Of a stretch of 64,000 nt of DNA, positions 11,801-20,831 are shown one piece after another. The notes beneath the pieces are model-generated. The model made no database searches. It saw only the letters and a program-made list of their open reading frames with translations, and had not been told where the DNA came from. The DNA comes from an uncultured Planctomycetota bacterium. GTDB lineage: Bacteria > Planctomycetota > PLA2 > JAEUHO01. A program made the position numbers and the translations under genes. The stretch spans positions 32,001 through 96,000 of the forward strand of contig CAVVXN010000001.1 in the NCBI GenBank assembly GCA_963752285.1, in the 5' to 3' direction. Within the stretch, counting starts at the first letter, position 1. The number at the start of each line of letters is the position of its first letter.

Positions 11801-12085
11801 GGTCGAGAGGTTCGCCTTCGGGTCGACGACCGTCACGGTCGAGTTCCCGCTGTTCAGGACGTAGGCGGCGCTCCCGTCGGCAAGCGTCACCGTGTCCACC
11901 GGGTTCGGCCCCGTCGGAATCCCCTGGGCCAAGGCACCCGGCAGGTGCCCCACGAGGAGCACGACCAGGACGAGCCCCACGATCTCGGGCCATCTCCCCC
12001 GGATCTCGGGGAGCGTCGCGGCCAACCCCCTCTCCTCGATCCGACGCGGCCGGCGGACGTTCTCGCTCCGGCTCTTCTTCGACAC
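5861..12085 (-). CDS. rhs: Full-length Rhs/YD-repeat polymorphic toxin (2074 aa): signal peptide, YVTN-like propeller, YD repeats, Rhs core, coiled-coil/Pro-rich tip
   Basis: Many YD repeats; core end PYLFTGREYDAEDGLYFHRARTYDPSCGRFIQRDPIG...DPTG; hydrophobic N-terminus IVGLVLVVLLVGHLPGALAQ; purine-rich RBS before the GTG start. Confidence 0.95.
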   Translation of the reverse strand: MSKKSRSENVRRPRRIEERGLAATLPEIRGRWPEIVGLVLVVLLVGHLPGALAQGIPTGPNPVDTVTLADGSAAYVLNSGNSTVTVVDPKANLSTGTLTLPIPPNTCMDMDWSVSLQQLVVGCNNGQVWTVDPATGVATLSLSNPAANYSQITADNLLGGALYAWGYDRNRAWLDQFLVGGVFAPATAIPFATATELIEVRPSGNPATRYLMLLGRTGPGFVGVSFFDRTAMTPASFPTWGPPPAVPTGITSLDNEAYVSATDAVTGMAYLLQLPYTGAFFTFTAPPVWTGPAVGASDVTSAGQFLTVFCPGLTGGTDAYYFDAADPANVLQVGWINIEPNMPPAGGGSSWIDPAGSFEDLYVLVANTGSSAAGESGRSILDNVLWNPGASPTITGTGTGLVQTSSSAVQPTTPSGCGACMDEEFLGRGWIDAWPDPDVRKDFPATACSVEFATAEEVYSLPLFKIPGVGMDLGVNLTYRSRIGYDYRYGRGWTLDQDVRLRTEPNGDETYLNGHGRADTFASAGGGSFVPPVRYDSTLNVQGTTATLTSRFGTASTFQNGYRTQVQDRYGNALTYSWTGDQLTSITDTLNRSYTLSYGTDGRLSSITDFGGRTWTLTYDYMGQLKRVTTPASTQFPQGRSVWFSYTGNSTNSALASNLVHVWSPLGDGVQTLYYDGYDRVVKETIGDGSYAMSYASLMGSDTKTTVVDRSGNTTEWTFSTFGVPIKEEVFTKGLRQGEPNSYVTTMGVDQTTGLVTHVSAPAGNRTDYQYDSALNLVEVRRKETDTPNQSGTDIVYSYQYGGPFNQRSQYTDPRGNITVYQVDAQGNTTQIQRPTVTSPSTQTITETFSFDGRGRITNATDGAGRTVDFVYYTTGSHAGYLQSVTKDQAGLALTTTLDYSQYGDIVSVTDARGATTAISVDAEGYVTEVQAPSPLSYRRRLTYDAGRRVTLVEVENVDRHGTQDPTTPWIETSFTYDVVGRPLAKTVDLTSTTTATTTYAYDGSGDLVSVTRPEGGVTALEWDERRLIHKVRAGAGSAVEGTFEYAYDLNGSLATSKNPRSYETTFEHDHFDRRTRVTDALGAYRAFQYDKSGNQTLVEAYDSQAALLARTARYFDEVDRLWKTVDDRFGPNLTPSQPTTIVTRDPSGLVTQVTDPLSNSTSYSFDAAARLVQILDATGNHDDFSLDANGNITTRSHTDLPAGGGSETFVTEFDYDAINRVTQRREIDRSNGQNVLTTNLGYDSRNDLTWRLDAESHPVRWTYDLASRLLTYERALQTGQTIEDFTQSITESFQYDGNDRLTGLTDDNFDSTSYQFDARDRQTRVTYADTRYVDTQYDPASNVSQWTDQNGTVVQNTFDALGRKTYASVTRGTGVLGSTFEQFTYDALGRMLTAVDDDFQDDLTWDSVGNLLKERQGYNAQGQEKWKSVTTTWSDASSVQSVLYPSAFAAAHTRDAIYRMTALQDVGAGTNIATFTYQGAGRLATTSNQNGTSTEYAWDGFARIQDIDHKLGSGQTLHKFTYAYDRAHNRRMEQNTFDATWVGTLPQAVQTFLTARNTKGDVYAYDWAYRLTDVRYDTTSPLQEVQNPGSQTFAKNTQYVMDGLGNRSQVLTTPPTPPSTVTYASDVVNQYTQVGGVTRTHDNNGNLTDDGTYLFAYDFENRLVEVKLKATQAVVATYRYDALGRRVEKAVSGGATTRYVLDGQQVIEEYDGSDVWQARYVYEDGIDHPRVMDRADQADVNGNQNTTEVLRFTYHQQALGSVTELSEPGGSVVEWVTYDVYGKPRILDQQGNVVGQSPVGNPYLFTGREYDAEDGLYFHRARTYDPSCGRFIQRDPIGYRDVPSLYLYVHARPASGRDPTGRDELDDALAKAERDEAEATKTRDDAEKRIEELQNEVHQVLTMYPEQLQERQRRQNGSIFGPPGGEATANLSPEGFRDAEIDRLNGEIDKLKDEWNQADVAAHEARKRKEKLKGKVAERDAAAAAAHAPGQPPTPSPEYPEPLPDGWFWRHFGPGERLLRSLIGVPNPDGPVPWRWDWCEQNPYEGPMLRGKNWDPDKPGRPPYAPPGSGPDG

Positions 12086-12101
12086 GGCCTCCCCCTCTCC
12101 C

Positions 12102-13225
12102 CTACCAGGTCGCGTTCGAGATCTGGCTCACGGCCTGCGTGGCCGTGGCCGCGATCGACGGGTTCGTCGATGGCGGCATCGGCCTGACATCGTCGTGAAG
12201 CCCCGACTTGTCGTGGAGCTGGAGGAGCGCGAGCGCGGCCTCGCGACGGACCGAGAACGTGGTGGAGCCGAGGAGCGTCTTGAGGCCGGCGTCACCTGGC
12301 TCGAGATGTCCGAGGAGATCGCGCCCGTGATCTTCGCGGCGAGCCCCTGGACCCGCGGGTCGGTGTCGTCAGGAGCAGGAGCACCGCACTTCGGTTCTGG
12401 GCCGCACCTCCGAGGAGCCCCAGGCCCTGGAGCGCCGTCCAGCGGACCGTCGCGTCTGCGTCCGGAGCGCGCGCCGCGTAGGTGGAGGCGTGGGTCTTGT
12501 CGTCGGTCCGGACCATCGCCGTCAGCGCTCGGCTCCGGACCCAGGCCTGGGTGTGGCTCGCCAGTGCCGTGAGCTCGCTGAAGGCCTTGCGCCTCGCCGA
12601 GCGCGTCGATCGCGTTCTCGCGCTCCGACCGCGAGGCCTTGCTCTCCCGCGCGAGGTCGTAGACGTCCAAGAGCCCGTCGCTCGACACGACCGCGAGCGC
12701 GCGAACGGCGGCGTCCCGGACCGCACGAGGGGCCTTCTCGTCCCCGGCAACCTGTCGAAGGTCCGGGAGCGCCGTGCCCCCCGCCGCGCCGAGGCCCCGG
12801 ACGGCCACGACGCGGATCGAGGCGAGCTCCGCACCATCCTGCGCACGAGCCGCGAGCGTCGTCCGCGCGCCGCTCGCGTGTCGCGCGAGGATCCGAACCG
12901 CCGCCGCCCGCGTCACCACGTCGCTCGAAGAGGCGAGGGTCACGATCCCCGAGAGACTGTTCGTCGAGAGGCTCATTCTCCCGATGGCCTCGGCGAGGCC
13001 CGCCTTGACGATCGGCGCGGCGTCGCTCTCGAGGACGTCGAGCATGTCCGCAAGGCGCGACGGCTCCGACGCGAGCTGCTTGATCGTCGCCTCACGCGCG
13101 GTTCCGTCGGAGCTCGAGAGATCGTTCACGAACGCGGGCTCGGTCGTCACGTCGGCGAGCAGCAGCGCCCCGCCTCCCACGACGAGCACCACCGCGAGAG
13201 GACCCCACCTTCTCGAGGAACGCAT
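12102..13225 (-). pseudogene. N-terminally anchored HEAT-repeat protein with several frameshifts in the 3' half
   Basis: HEAT motifs (VTRAAAVRIL, VRDAAVRAL, VRWTALQGL, VRREAALAL) continue across different frames; natural stop at 12102-12104 just before the Rhs RBS. Confidence 0.75.
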
Positions 13226-13364
13226 GAGCGCGACCTCCCTTCTCGTACGACACCGTCTCGTCCGAGGGGGAGAGTGGCGCCGCCTACGTCACAGCGCAAG
13301 TGGCGACCGACCCGATCCATGAGGAATTCGTAGGGGTTGCCACAATCTTGCAGCGCGGCGTTCC

Positions 13365-14246
13365 CTAGCGCGACAGCGTCAGTGTTGCCTGCTGCGCGCC
13401 CGCAACACGCCGCACGCGCACGTCGCCGGTCACCTCGTTTCCAAGTGCGGCGAGGGCACGCGAAACGTCCGAGACGGCGTGGTCCCCGATGCGCTCGATC
13501 ACATCTCCCGGCTTGAGGCCGAGTTGCGCAATCTGGCTCTCTCCGCGAACGCCGGTCACGCGCACACCTGTGACGCGGCCCTCGGCTCCGTAGAACGGGA
13601 CGAGCTTCACGTCTCCCGCCGCGCTCGTTCCCGACGCAACCTCAGCGCGGCCAGCGTCTTCCACCGCTTCCGGGGCCGTCCCGCCTCGCCGCAGAGGCCC
13701 GACACCCCGCACGCGGCGATCGATCGGATGGTCGAGGGGCACGACGAACGTGAAGGTCTCCTCGCCTCGCGCGAGCGTGATCAGGCCTTCGCGGTCCCTC
13801 TCCTCGATCCGGCGGATGACGACGCCTCGATCCGCCTGCCCCTCCGAGACGACGTACGTCTCGGGGCGCGCCGGGTCTTTCGAGGCCAGAACGATCGCGT
13901 CCGGACCCGTCGGGTCACGCCACCACGCCGTCACCCGGAACGCCGCTAGGGGCAGCCTCGTCGCATTCCCCACCACGATGTTGGGGCCGGGCACGCGGTG
14001 GTCCCGGTTGGGCAGGTCGCAAGGCCACCAGGGTCCGCACTCCCGCACGATCTCGTCCCATGCGACGGGACCCGATCGCGTCGGGCCGGCGCGCGCGGGA
14101 AGGTCCTGCGGAGAGATGGTGGGGGGCGAACGGCTGTTCTCTCGGGTGACGCCAGCCAGCACTCCCCCCCATGCCACGAGGACCGCCAGCAGAAGCGCGC
14201 CGTTCAGACGCCAGAGCCAGCGGCGCACGACGAACACGCGCAGCAC
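13365..14246 (-). CDS. GspC-like protein (TM, HR-like region, PDZ), copy 2
   Basis: N-terminal TM; C-terminal KLVPFY...GVRVTGVRGESQIAQLGLKPGDVIERI resembles the T2SS GspC PDZ. Confidence 0.7.
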   Translation of the reverse strand: MLRVFVVRRWLWRLNGALLLAVLVAWGGVLAGVTRENSRSPPTISPQDLPARAGPTRSGPVAWDEIVRECGPWWPCDLPNRDHRVPGPNIVVGNATRLPLAAFRVTAWWRDPTGPDAIVLASKDPARPETYVVSEGQADRGVVIRRIEERDREGLITLARGEETFTFVVPLDHPIDRRVRGVGPLRRGGTAPEAVEDAGRAEVASGTSAAGDVKLVPFYGAEGRVTGVRVTGVRGESQIAQLGLKPGDVIERIGDHAVSDVSRALAALGNEVTGDVRVRRVAGAQQATLTLSR

Positions 14247-14520
14247 ACCTTCACGATAGCGCCAACCAGCCCAAGACGGAAGCGCGGTTGAATGCCGGGT
14301 TGACGAGAGCAAGGCGGCCTCGCCCCACGGCCGCCCGACTTCTTCTGCTTCTGCTCCGGGCCCTACGAAGTCGAGTCCGGCGTGGTCGTGCGGGGGACCG
14401 AGTACCGGACTACCGCCGAGTCGGAGGTGCCGCCCGAGTGGCGGACGCCGTGGACGGAGAGGAGGCCGACGTAGCGCGGGCGGCGGCGCCGCCCGCGACG
14501 CGCCCCATGAGCCGCGCCGC

Positions 14521-14724
14521 CTACTTCTTCTTCCGGGGCCGCGTCCCCGCCCCCACCCGCAAAGAGATCCCGTTCACCGAGGCGATCTGGCGCGTCGCGG
14601 TGACGGTCCGGCCCAACTCGGCGGCGATTCGGGGTGCGGGCGTGCCCGCCTTGACGAGCTGGCGGATGCGACGCACGTCGGCGGCGGTGACGGACTGGCG
14701 GTGGTTCTTGGGGCGCTTCGGCAT
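14521..14724 (-). CDS. Small basic HTH protein
   Basis: MPKRPK...RIRQLVKAGTPAPRIAAELGRT; GGAG RBS. Confidence 0.55.
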   Translation of the reverse strand: MPKRPKNHRQSVTAADVRRIRQLVKAGTPAPRIAAELGRTVTATRQIASVNGISLRVGAGTRPRKKK

Positions 14725-14848
14725 CGGGGCTCCTGGGTTGCGAGGAGTATGCGGGCGGGCGGCGACACTCGCTCCGGCAAACAACCATGTTCTCGGCTCG
14801 CGGCGATTGAGTGTCGCCGTCGCCGCGTGGCATGGCCTGCGAGTGCTG

Positions 14849-15065
14849 TCAGCCCGCGACCATCCGCGACACGACGGCGACATGCCACCGCTTCCCCGTC
14901 CGGGGCCGGAACCCGGCGCCGTCCAGGTCCGCTCCCACGGCCCGAAGCGACGCGCCCTCGGATCGGAGCCGCTTCGCCAGCGCGACCGCCTTGGCCTCCA
15001 GCGGCTCCGGCTCGAGCCGCCCGTCGTCGCGGACCCGCCACCCGTACGGCACGCCCCCGATCCGT
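14849..15065 (-). pseudogene. Serine recombinase C-terminal (Recombinase-domain) remnant
   Basis: GGVPYGWRV...LEP.P.EA.AV...LR.EG.SLRAV...L...G..PR.G..W..V.R; no catalytic N-terminus. Confidence 0.65.
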
Positions 15066-15231
15066 ATGTCGGACCAGATCCTGAGGCCATGCGGGAGCTT
15101 GAGGCTCGTCGGATCGCACTTCGAGACCGGGAGTCGGCAGAGCAGTACGAGGATGAGGCCATGGGGGACGAGCCCGCCTAGGTTGGGCACGCGTCGAAGC
15201 CTCGACACAGGCCACGCGACGCCCCGCGCCT

Positions 15232-15320
15232 TGTTGTGACGCCGGATGCTGACGCCCTTGGAGCACAGTTGAGACGGTCTCCTGACCTTTCGTTGCCGCT
15301 CGTTGCGCTTGGGAAGCTGC
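15232..15320 (-). repeat. Deleted att junction: type-A leader fused to a 13-bp tRNA anticodon-arm core
   Basis: 15232-15310 matches the leader at 23524-23600; GCTTGGGAAGCTG at 15307-15319. Confidence 0.75.
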
Positions 15321-15476
15321 GTGCCCCCCATCGCAAGTCACGCGTCCCGCGCAGGTTACGACGATCGCCAGAAGCCGTTGAGACCTGGGTTGAGACGAGC
15401 TGAAAGGCCCGCTTGTGACGGCCTTTGGTCCTTGGTGCGAGCGGGCCCCGGCGGGCGCACCAGCGGGTTCCGCTCG

Positions 15477-15750
15477 GAGACCGGCGACCACGTCCCAGAG
15501 TTCCTCGTGACCCGCTGCCGCGAGGCCCGTGCCGCCCGCCCGGCCGCCAACCGAGCTGCACGCTGCGGTGTGCGCAGCGCCTGACGACACCGAAGAGGGG
15601 CCACGCCACTACGAGCCCCGTGCACGACCGTCCCGGCTCCGGGTTGTCCAGCTCCGTTCTCCCCGCCGCGGCCCAGGCCGCGGCAGGAGGAACCCCCCGC
15701 CCCGCTGTTCGAGTACCCGGCAGAAATCTCCGGAAGGGACGGACCCGCAC
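15477..15750 (+). mobile_element. rve-type transposase 3' remnant plus right-end motif
   Basis: TGDHVPEFLVTRCREARAARPAANRAARCGVRSA* ends at 15584; motif at 15708-15750. Confidence 0.7.
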
Positions 15751-15886
15751 CTCCCCGCTCTCCAAGACCCGCCGGCCACGGGCCAGAACCACCCCAGCAG
15801 CGACCCAGTCGCGGCAGGAGAACCCTCGGCTCCGGTTCTCGAGTACTCGGGGGGACTCTCCAGTCCGAACGGGCCACGAAGCGCCT

Positions 15887-16552
15887 CTACTTATCGCATC
15901 TAACCTCGAAGTCAGCCTCGGCAACCCACTCGACCACGCCGACACTCCCGCGCCCGATCGGACCCGGGTTCAGGTCGTAGCGCACGTTTCTTGGGGCATC
16001 CAACTCTCGGAAGATAGTCCCGCACTCCACCGAGTCGACCCGAACATGATCGGCGAAGGGGAATGACCCCTCAGGAATCCACTCCCCCTCCCCTCCCTCG
16101 ACGGCACCGGAGAGGGTGTACTCCAGACTGGCCACGCCACTTGCATCCGTGGTTCCGATGGCCCATCCATCTCCAGCGATCTCGCCCGAGGCGCGGGACA
16201 ACTGGATAGACCTCCGGATGGCTTCAACAGCCTCTTCCCTTGCACGAGCCAAAGGGGATGCCACGACGCGGGCATCGGCCACGGGGCGTCCGCTGGCGTC
16301 GATCACGTGGATGCGTACCCGCACGAGCACCGTCCCCGAGCCGACGAATACGCGCTTGCGCCCGCCGACGTCGCGTGAACCGATGCGGAAGCCGGTGGTG
16401 AAGAGCGCCACTCCAGCGATGGCAGCGACGAGCACGACTGAGAGAGCAACCCACGCCCATCGCCCCATCAGCCAACAACTCCGTCCATATTCGCCGCCGC
16501 GCGGACGCGCATCGCTCGAGGGCGCCGGCCCGTTCCGGGTGGAACTGCTCAT
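15887..16552 (-). CDS. Putative immunity protein, family Y (TM plus beta-sandwich)
   Basis: Follows the toxin tip; homologous to 25048-25644 (VRVRI..DA..RPVA.ARV, VRVD...CGT..EL, VAEA.F.V.C); start could be 16468. Confidence 0.65.
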   Translation of the reverse strand: MSSSTRNGPAPSSDARPRGGEYGRSCWLMGRWAWVALSVVLVAAIAGVALFTTGFRIGSRDVGGRKRVFVGSGTVLVRVRIHVIDASGRPVADARVVASPLARAREEAVEAIRRSIQLSRASGEIAGDGWAIGTTDASGVASLEYTLSGAVEGGEGEWIPEGSFPFADHVRVDSVECGTIFRELDAPRNVRYDLNPGPIGRGSVGVVEWVAEADFEVRCDK

Positions 16553-16565
16553 GCTTTGGGCCCCC

Positions 16566-18431
16566 TCACCGTGCCCACCCTCGCAACGCGTTCGCCGTAT
16601 CCACGATGGACCGAGCGGCGTTCCGGTCGACGCGCTGCCACTCGCTCGACCCTTGCGGGACACCCCCTCTACCTGGATCTGCTGGATGCTCACGGAACTC
16701 AAGTGGCCCCTGCTCAGCGTGACGGACTTCATGCAATACCACACCCACCACCTTTGCTTCCCCGAGCCAGTCACCGTTATTGAATTTGTCCGCCATCTTG
16801 TCCATAAACGAGGTCTTGAAGCGCAGTTCGCCCGATTCAGGGTCGTACTCGCCCTCCGCCCTCGGATCCTGTTGCGCGAGCTCTGGCACTGTTTTAAACC
16901 TGCCATTCTCCAGGAGCGATTCGGCGTGCGCAATCCACTCTGACTTGCCGTTGCCAAACGCCACGGCGTCCAATCGAGCCAGTCGGAGGAGGTCCGCATC
17001 CGAGATCGGCCCACTCGTAGGCACCGCCCCGTGGCCGCCCATGAGCTCCCACATGTTCTGTGCTGCCGCGTGAAATTCGGCTTCGGCGGCATCCAGTGCG
17101 TCCTCAAGGGGGTCGAGAACGGCGATCGCATCATCGACCGCTTGCCACGCATCCGCTTGCTTCGCCCTCGCGTCCTTCAGGGCCGCCTTCAACTCGGCCA
17201 GCTTCTTGTTATCCTCCGCCGGGTCGTAGCACTCATCCTCCGCCTTCTTCTTGATCAGCTCCTCTAGATCGTGGATCTGCTTCTCGAGAGCGAGGGCTGC
17301 GCCCCCTGCGGCGTACGCTGCGTCCAAAGCCGCGAGGTAGGCGTTGTATGCCGCTTCCTCAGCCTTTTGAGCTTTCAGGAGCGCCTGGCCCGCATCACGA
17401 AGCCACTCGACTGGCTTGTTCTCCTTGTCCTTCGGCGCAAGCCCCGAGGGATCGGCGGACGATGCTGGGTCCGATCCGACGTACTCGTGGAGGGACAGCC
17501 CCCCGACGAATCCGGCGGGATCCCTCTGGAGGAACCGCCCGGTGGCCGGGTCGTACGCGCGCGCGCGGAACTAGTAGGTCTTCGTCTCGGCGTCGTACTC
17601 CCGCCCCGTGAAGAGGAACGGGTTCCCCACCGCGCTTTGCGAAACGACCGTCCCCTGTGAGCCGCGGATCGTCGGTTGGCCGTAGACGTCATAGGTCGTC
17701 CACTCGACGACCGCACCGCTCGGTTGCGTGATCTCCGTGACGTCGCCCCTCGCGCTCTGGGCGTAGGTGAAACGCAGGATCTCGCTCGTGTTCCCGTTGC
17801 CGTTGACGTCAGCACCGTCGGCTCGATCCATCGCTCGCGGCTGGTCGATCCCGTCCTCGTAGACATAGCGGGCTTGCCAGACGTCCTGCCCGTCGTACTC
17901 CTCGACGACCTGCTGACCGTCGAGCGCGTAGCGGGTCGTCGCGCCGCCGGAGACGGCCTTCTCGACACGCCGCCCGAGCGCGTCATAGCGGTAGGTCGCG
18001 ATCACGGCCTGCGTCGCCTTGAGCTTCACCTCGACCAGCCGGTTCTCGAAGTCGTAGGCGAAGAGGTACGTCCCGTCGTCCTTGAGGTTCCCGTTGTTGT
18101 CGTGGGTCCGGGTGACGCCGCCGACCTGGGTGTACTGGTTGACCACGTCCGAAGCGTACGTCACGGTCGAGGGCGGGGTCGGCGGGGTCGTGAGCGTCTG
18201 GCTCCGGTTCCCGAGGCCGTCCAGCACGTACTGGGTGTTCTTGGCGAAGGTCTGGCTCCCCGGGTTCTGGACCTCCTGGAGGGGGCTCGTGGTGTCGTAG
18301 CGGACGTCCGTCAGCCGGTACGCCCAGTCGTAGGCGTAGACGCCCCCCTTGGTGTTTCGGGCCGCGAGGAAGGTCTGGACGGCCTGCGGGAGCGTCCCGA
18401 CCCAGGTCGCGTCGAAGGTGTTCTGCTCCAT
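16566..18431 (-). pseudogene. Orphan Rhs core with family-Y HExxH toxin tip and an in-frame TAG
   Basis: ORFs 17571-18431 and 16566-17327 share a frame; TAG at 17571-17573 replaces an aromatic codon of the core; reading continues FRARAYDPATGRFLQRDP...DPSGL...VLHEVRHAE. Confidence 0.85.
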
Positions 18432-18630
18432 CCGCCGGTTGAGCGCGACCTCCCTTCGCGGACCGCACCACTTCTTCCGAGACCGAGGGTCGCGCTCTCC
18501 ATGTCACCGCGCAAGGGGGAAACCGAGCCGCATGTGATGGATCCGTGAAGTCGGAGTGAGAGCCTCGCGGTGCATCAATTGAGAGTGCGACTCAGTATGA
18601 CCTGCGAAGAAGTTGCATCCGAAGCGGCGA

Positions 18631-19509
18631 TCAGCGAGAAATCGTCACGCGCCGGGGCGCCGAGCGGATTCCGCGCTGCACGGAGATGGGCCCGACGGCG
18701 TCGCTCCCGAGCACGGCGAGCGCGCGAGGCACGTCGACCGCCGCGTCGTCCCCGACCCGCTCGATCACATCTCCCGCGCGGAGGCCGAGTTTCGCCCATC
18801 GGCTCTCCGCCCGGACGCCGGTCACGCGAACGCCCGCGACGCTTCCCTCTTCTCCGTAGAAGGGAACGAGCCTCACGTCGCTTGGGGCGCCACCCCCCGT
18901 CGCAACATCGGAGCCGTTCGCGACTTCTGACGCGGCGCTCGTTCGTAAGACCCCGGATCCCCCGACGCCGCGGACGCGACGGTCCACGGGCCGGTCGAGC
19001 GGGACCACGAACGTGAACGTCTCGGGGCCGCGCGCGAGGGTGATGTGCCCTTCGCGGCGGCGTTCCTCGATGCCGACGATGGAGACGTCCCGGTCGGGAC
19101 GCCCCTCGAGGACCACGTAGGTCTCGGGGTGCGCGGGGTCCTTGGACGTGAGGACCACGGCGTCGGGGCCACCCGGGTCGCGCCACCACCCCGTCACGCG
19201 AAAGGCCCCGAGCGGCGGGCGCGTGGCCGGGCCGACGACGACTGGCTCCGTGACCTCTCGCTTGCAGACCTCCCCCAGGTCGCACGGCCACCAGCCCCGG
19301 AACTCGTGGACGAGCTCGTCCCACGCGACCGGCCCCGTGCGGGTCGGGGCCTCGGCCAAAGGAAGCTCACGGATGCCCCCGTACCGCCAGGAACGCGCCG
19401 TTTCCCCGGATCGGTCCCCGAGCCAGGCTCCCCACGTCGCGAGCGCCCCCACGAGCAGCGCGCCGTTCAGGCGCCAGAGCCAGCGGCGCGTCGCCCGGAA
19501 CCGGACCAC
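18631..19509 (-). CDS. GspC-like TM/PDZ protein, copy 3
   Basis: Homologous along its full length to 13365-14246; PDZ RLVPFY...GVRVTGVRAES..AKLGLRAGDVIERV. Confidence 0.75.
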   Translation of the reverse strand: MVRFRATRRWLWRLNGALLVGALATWGAWLGDRSGETARSWRYGGIRELPLAEAPTRTGPVAWDELVHEFRGWWPCDLGEVCKREVTEPVVVGPATRPPLGAFRVTGWWRDPGGPDAVVLTSKDPAHPETYVVLEGRPDRDVSIVGIEERRREGHITLARGPETFTFVVPLDRPVDRRVRGVGGSGVLRTSAASEVANGSDVATGGGAPSDVRLVPFYGEEGSVAGVRVTGVRAESRWAKLGLRAGDVIERVGDDAAVDVPRALAVLGSDAVGPISVQRGIRSAPRRVTISR

Positions 19510-19693
19510 GGAAGACAGGGTAGCGCGAGACGCCCGCCGTGCGAGAGGGCCGTCACGGGACGAACCGGTGCAGGCTGCCGGCCGGCGAGGGGCGTCCTCC
19601 GCCTACGGTCCACCCGAACCTCCTCCACGTCGTCATCGTCTCGCGGCACGCGGGGCAGGACGGCGCGCGGCTCGCCATGGACAACCGGCGTCC

Positions 19694-19996
19694 CTACACG
19701 CTCCCCGTGGGTTCCGCGTCACCGTAGCCCGCTCGGCGCGCGCGGTCTGGATGGTAGGTGCGCATCCACTGGCGCGCGGCCTCGTGCATCGCCCGACCGT
19801 TGGCCGAGCCACCCCACCCCAACTCGTTGTAGATCCGGACGAGATCCGCCGGGCTGGACTTCGCCAGCCATGCGACGACGAGTCGTGACATGTCACCGTA
19901 GATCGTGCTCTGGTCCTGGTAGGCCTCTCCGTCGGCGGTGTGGATCTCCGCCAGCATGCGCGCGAAGACCTCGCGCTCCGTGAAGTTTCGCGACAT
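19694..19996 (-). CDS. Hypothetical protein, 100 aa
   Basis: ATG with GGAGGAG RBS; protein-like composition MSRNFTEREVFARMLAEIH... Confidence 0.6.
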   Translation of the reverse strand: MSRNFTEREVFARMLAEIHTADGEAYQDQSTIYGDMSRLVVAWLAKSSPADLVRIYNELGWGGSANGRAMHEAARQWMRTYHPDRARRAGYGDAEPTGSV

Positions 19997-20545
19997 GAGA
20001 TCGACTCCTCCGGTCGGTTCCGATGATCCTCGGGCGACGCCTACACGCGCCCCAGCCCCCGGGTGCGTCGTCCGGAAGCGCGCCACGGGCGACAGCGTAC
20101 AGCGAAGCGCCCCCCGGGAGCTTCCGAGCCAATGACCGGCCGCGCCCGGGCGCGCGGCCGCCGGCCTACCGGCCTCCCGCGATCTCCTCCACGTCGTCGT
20201 CGTCGCGCGTAGCACGCGGGGCCGGACGGCGCGCACCGGCGAGGCGGCGGCGCCGGCGGGGGCGGTAACGGCGGCCGTAAATCCGTACACGCGTCAATGC
20301 GGCCGCGGCGTCGCCGCCGCGGAAGGGTCACGCGACCGAACTCGCCGGCGCGCCGCGATTGGCAGGCGGGGCGAAACCGAGCCGCAGAAGCTGCGTGACT
20401 TGGGTCGCCACTCGAGACGGTCTCCTGACGCTTCCTCGCACTTCGCTGCACGATGTAAGCGAGCGCGGGTGGATCCGCGTTATCGAAGAGGATCGCCGCA
20501 AACGTGCGACGACGCGCGAGTTGCGGCGAGGAGGCGCAACGAAGG

Positions 20546-20595
20546 TGGAGCGCCCGATCGGGCTCGAACCGACGACATTCAGCTTGGGAAGCTGA
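20546..20595 (-). repeat. att site: 3' portion of tRNA-Gly
   Basis: 50-bp match to 32538-32587 with 1 mismatch (20563). Confidence 0.95.
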
Positions 20596-20831
20596 GTGCC
20601 CCGACTCGTAAGTCGCGCGCAGTACAGGAGTTACAGATCTTGAGAATGGCCACTGGGACGGATCCTATCGATTTCCAGAGGAACGACCTGCTACGGTGTC
20701 CTGCGAGCCGTTCCGTGCGTTTCGGATTTTGAGAATGGCCGGTGCCGGCCCGCTGGCCGCCAGGGGGCCCACGAAGCGCCGTGGGTCGGTGGCTACAATC
20801 CGGGAACGTCCCCTCGCACCCGGAGACATCC

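Noticed and set aside
5861..12085. T6SS-type Rhs effector
   Set aside because: No PAAR domain and no vgrG or eagR nearby; it has a signal-peptide-like N-terminus instead.
8996..12187. 1063-aa plus-strand ORF and similar long ORFs (32819-35425, 49377-52622, 60569-63214, 60837-63905)
   Set aside because: Antisense or alternate-frame shadows of real genes in high-GC DNA, with Arg/Pro/Gly-rich, motif-free translations.
17571..17573. Programmed TAG read-through or pyrrolysine
   Set aside because: A single change at a conserved aromatic codon in an already truncated gene; no pyl genes are visible.
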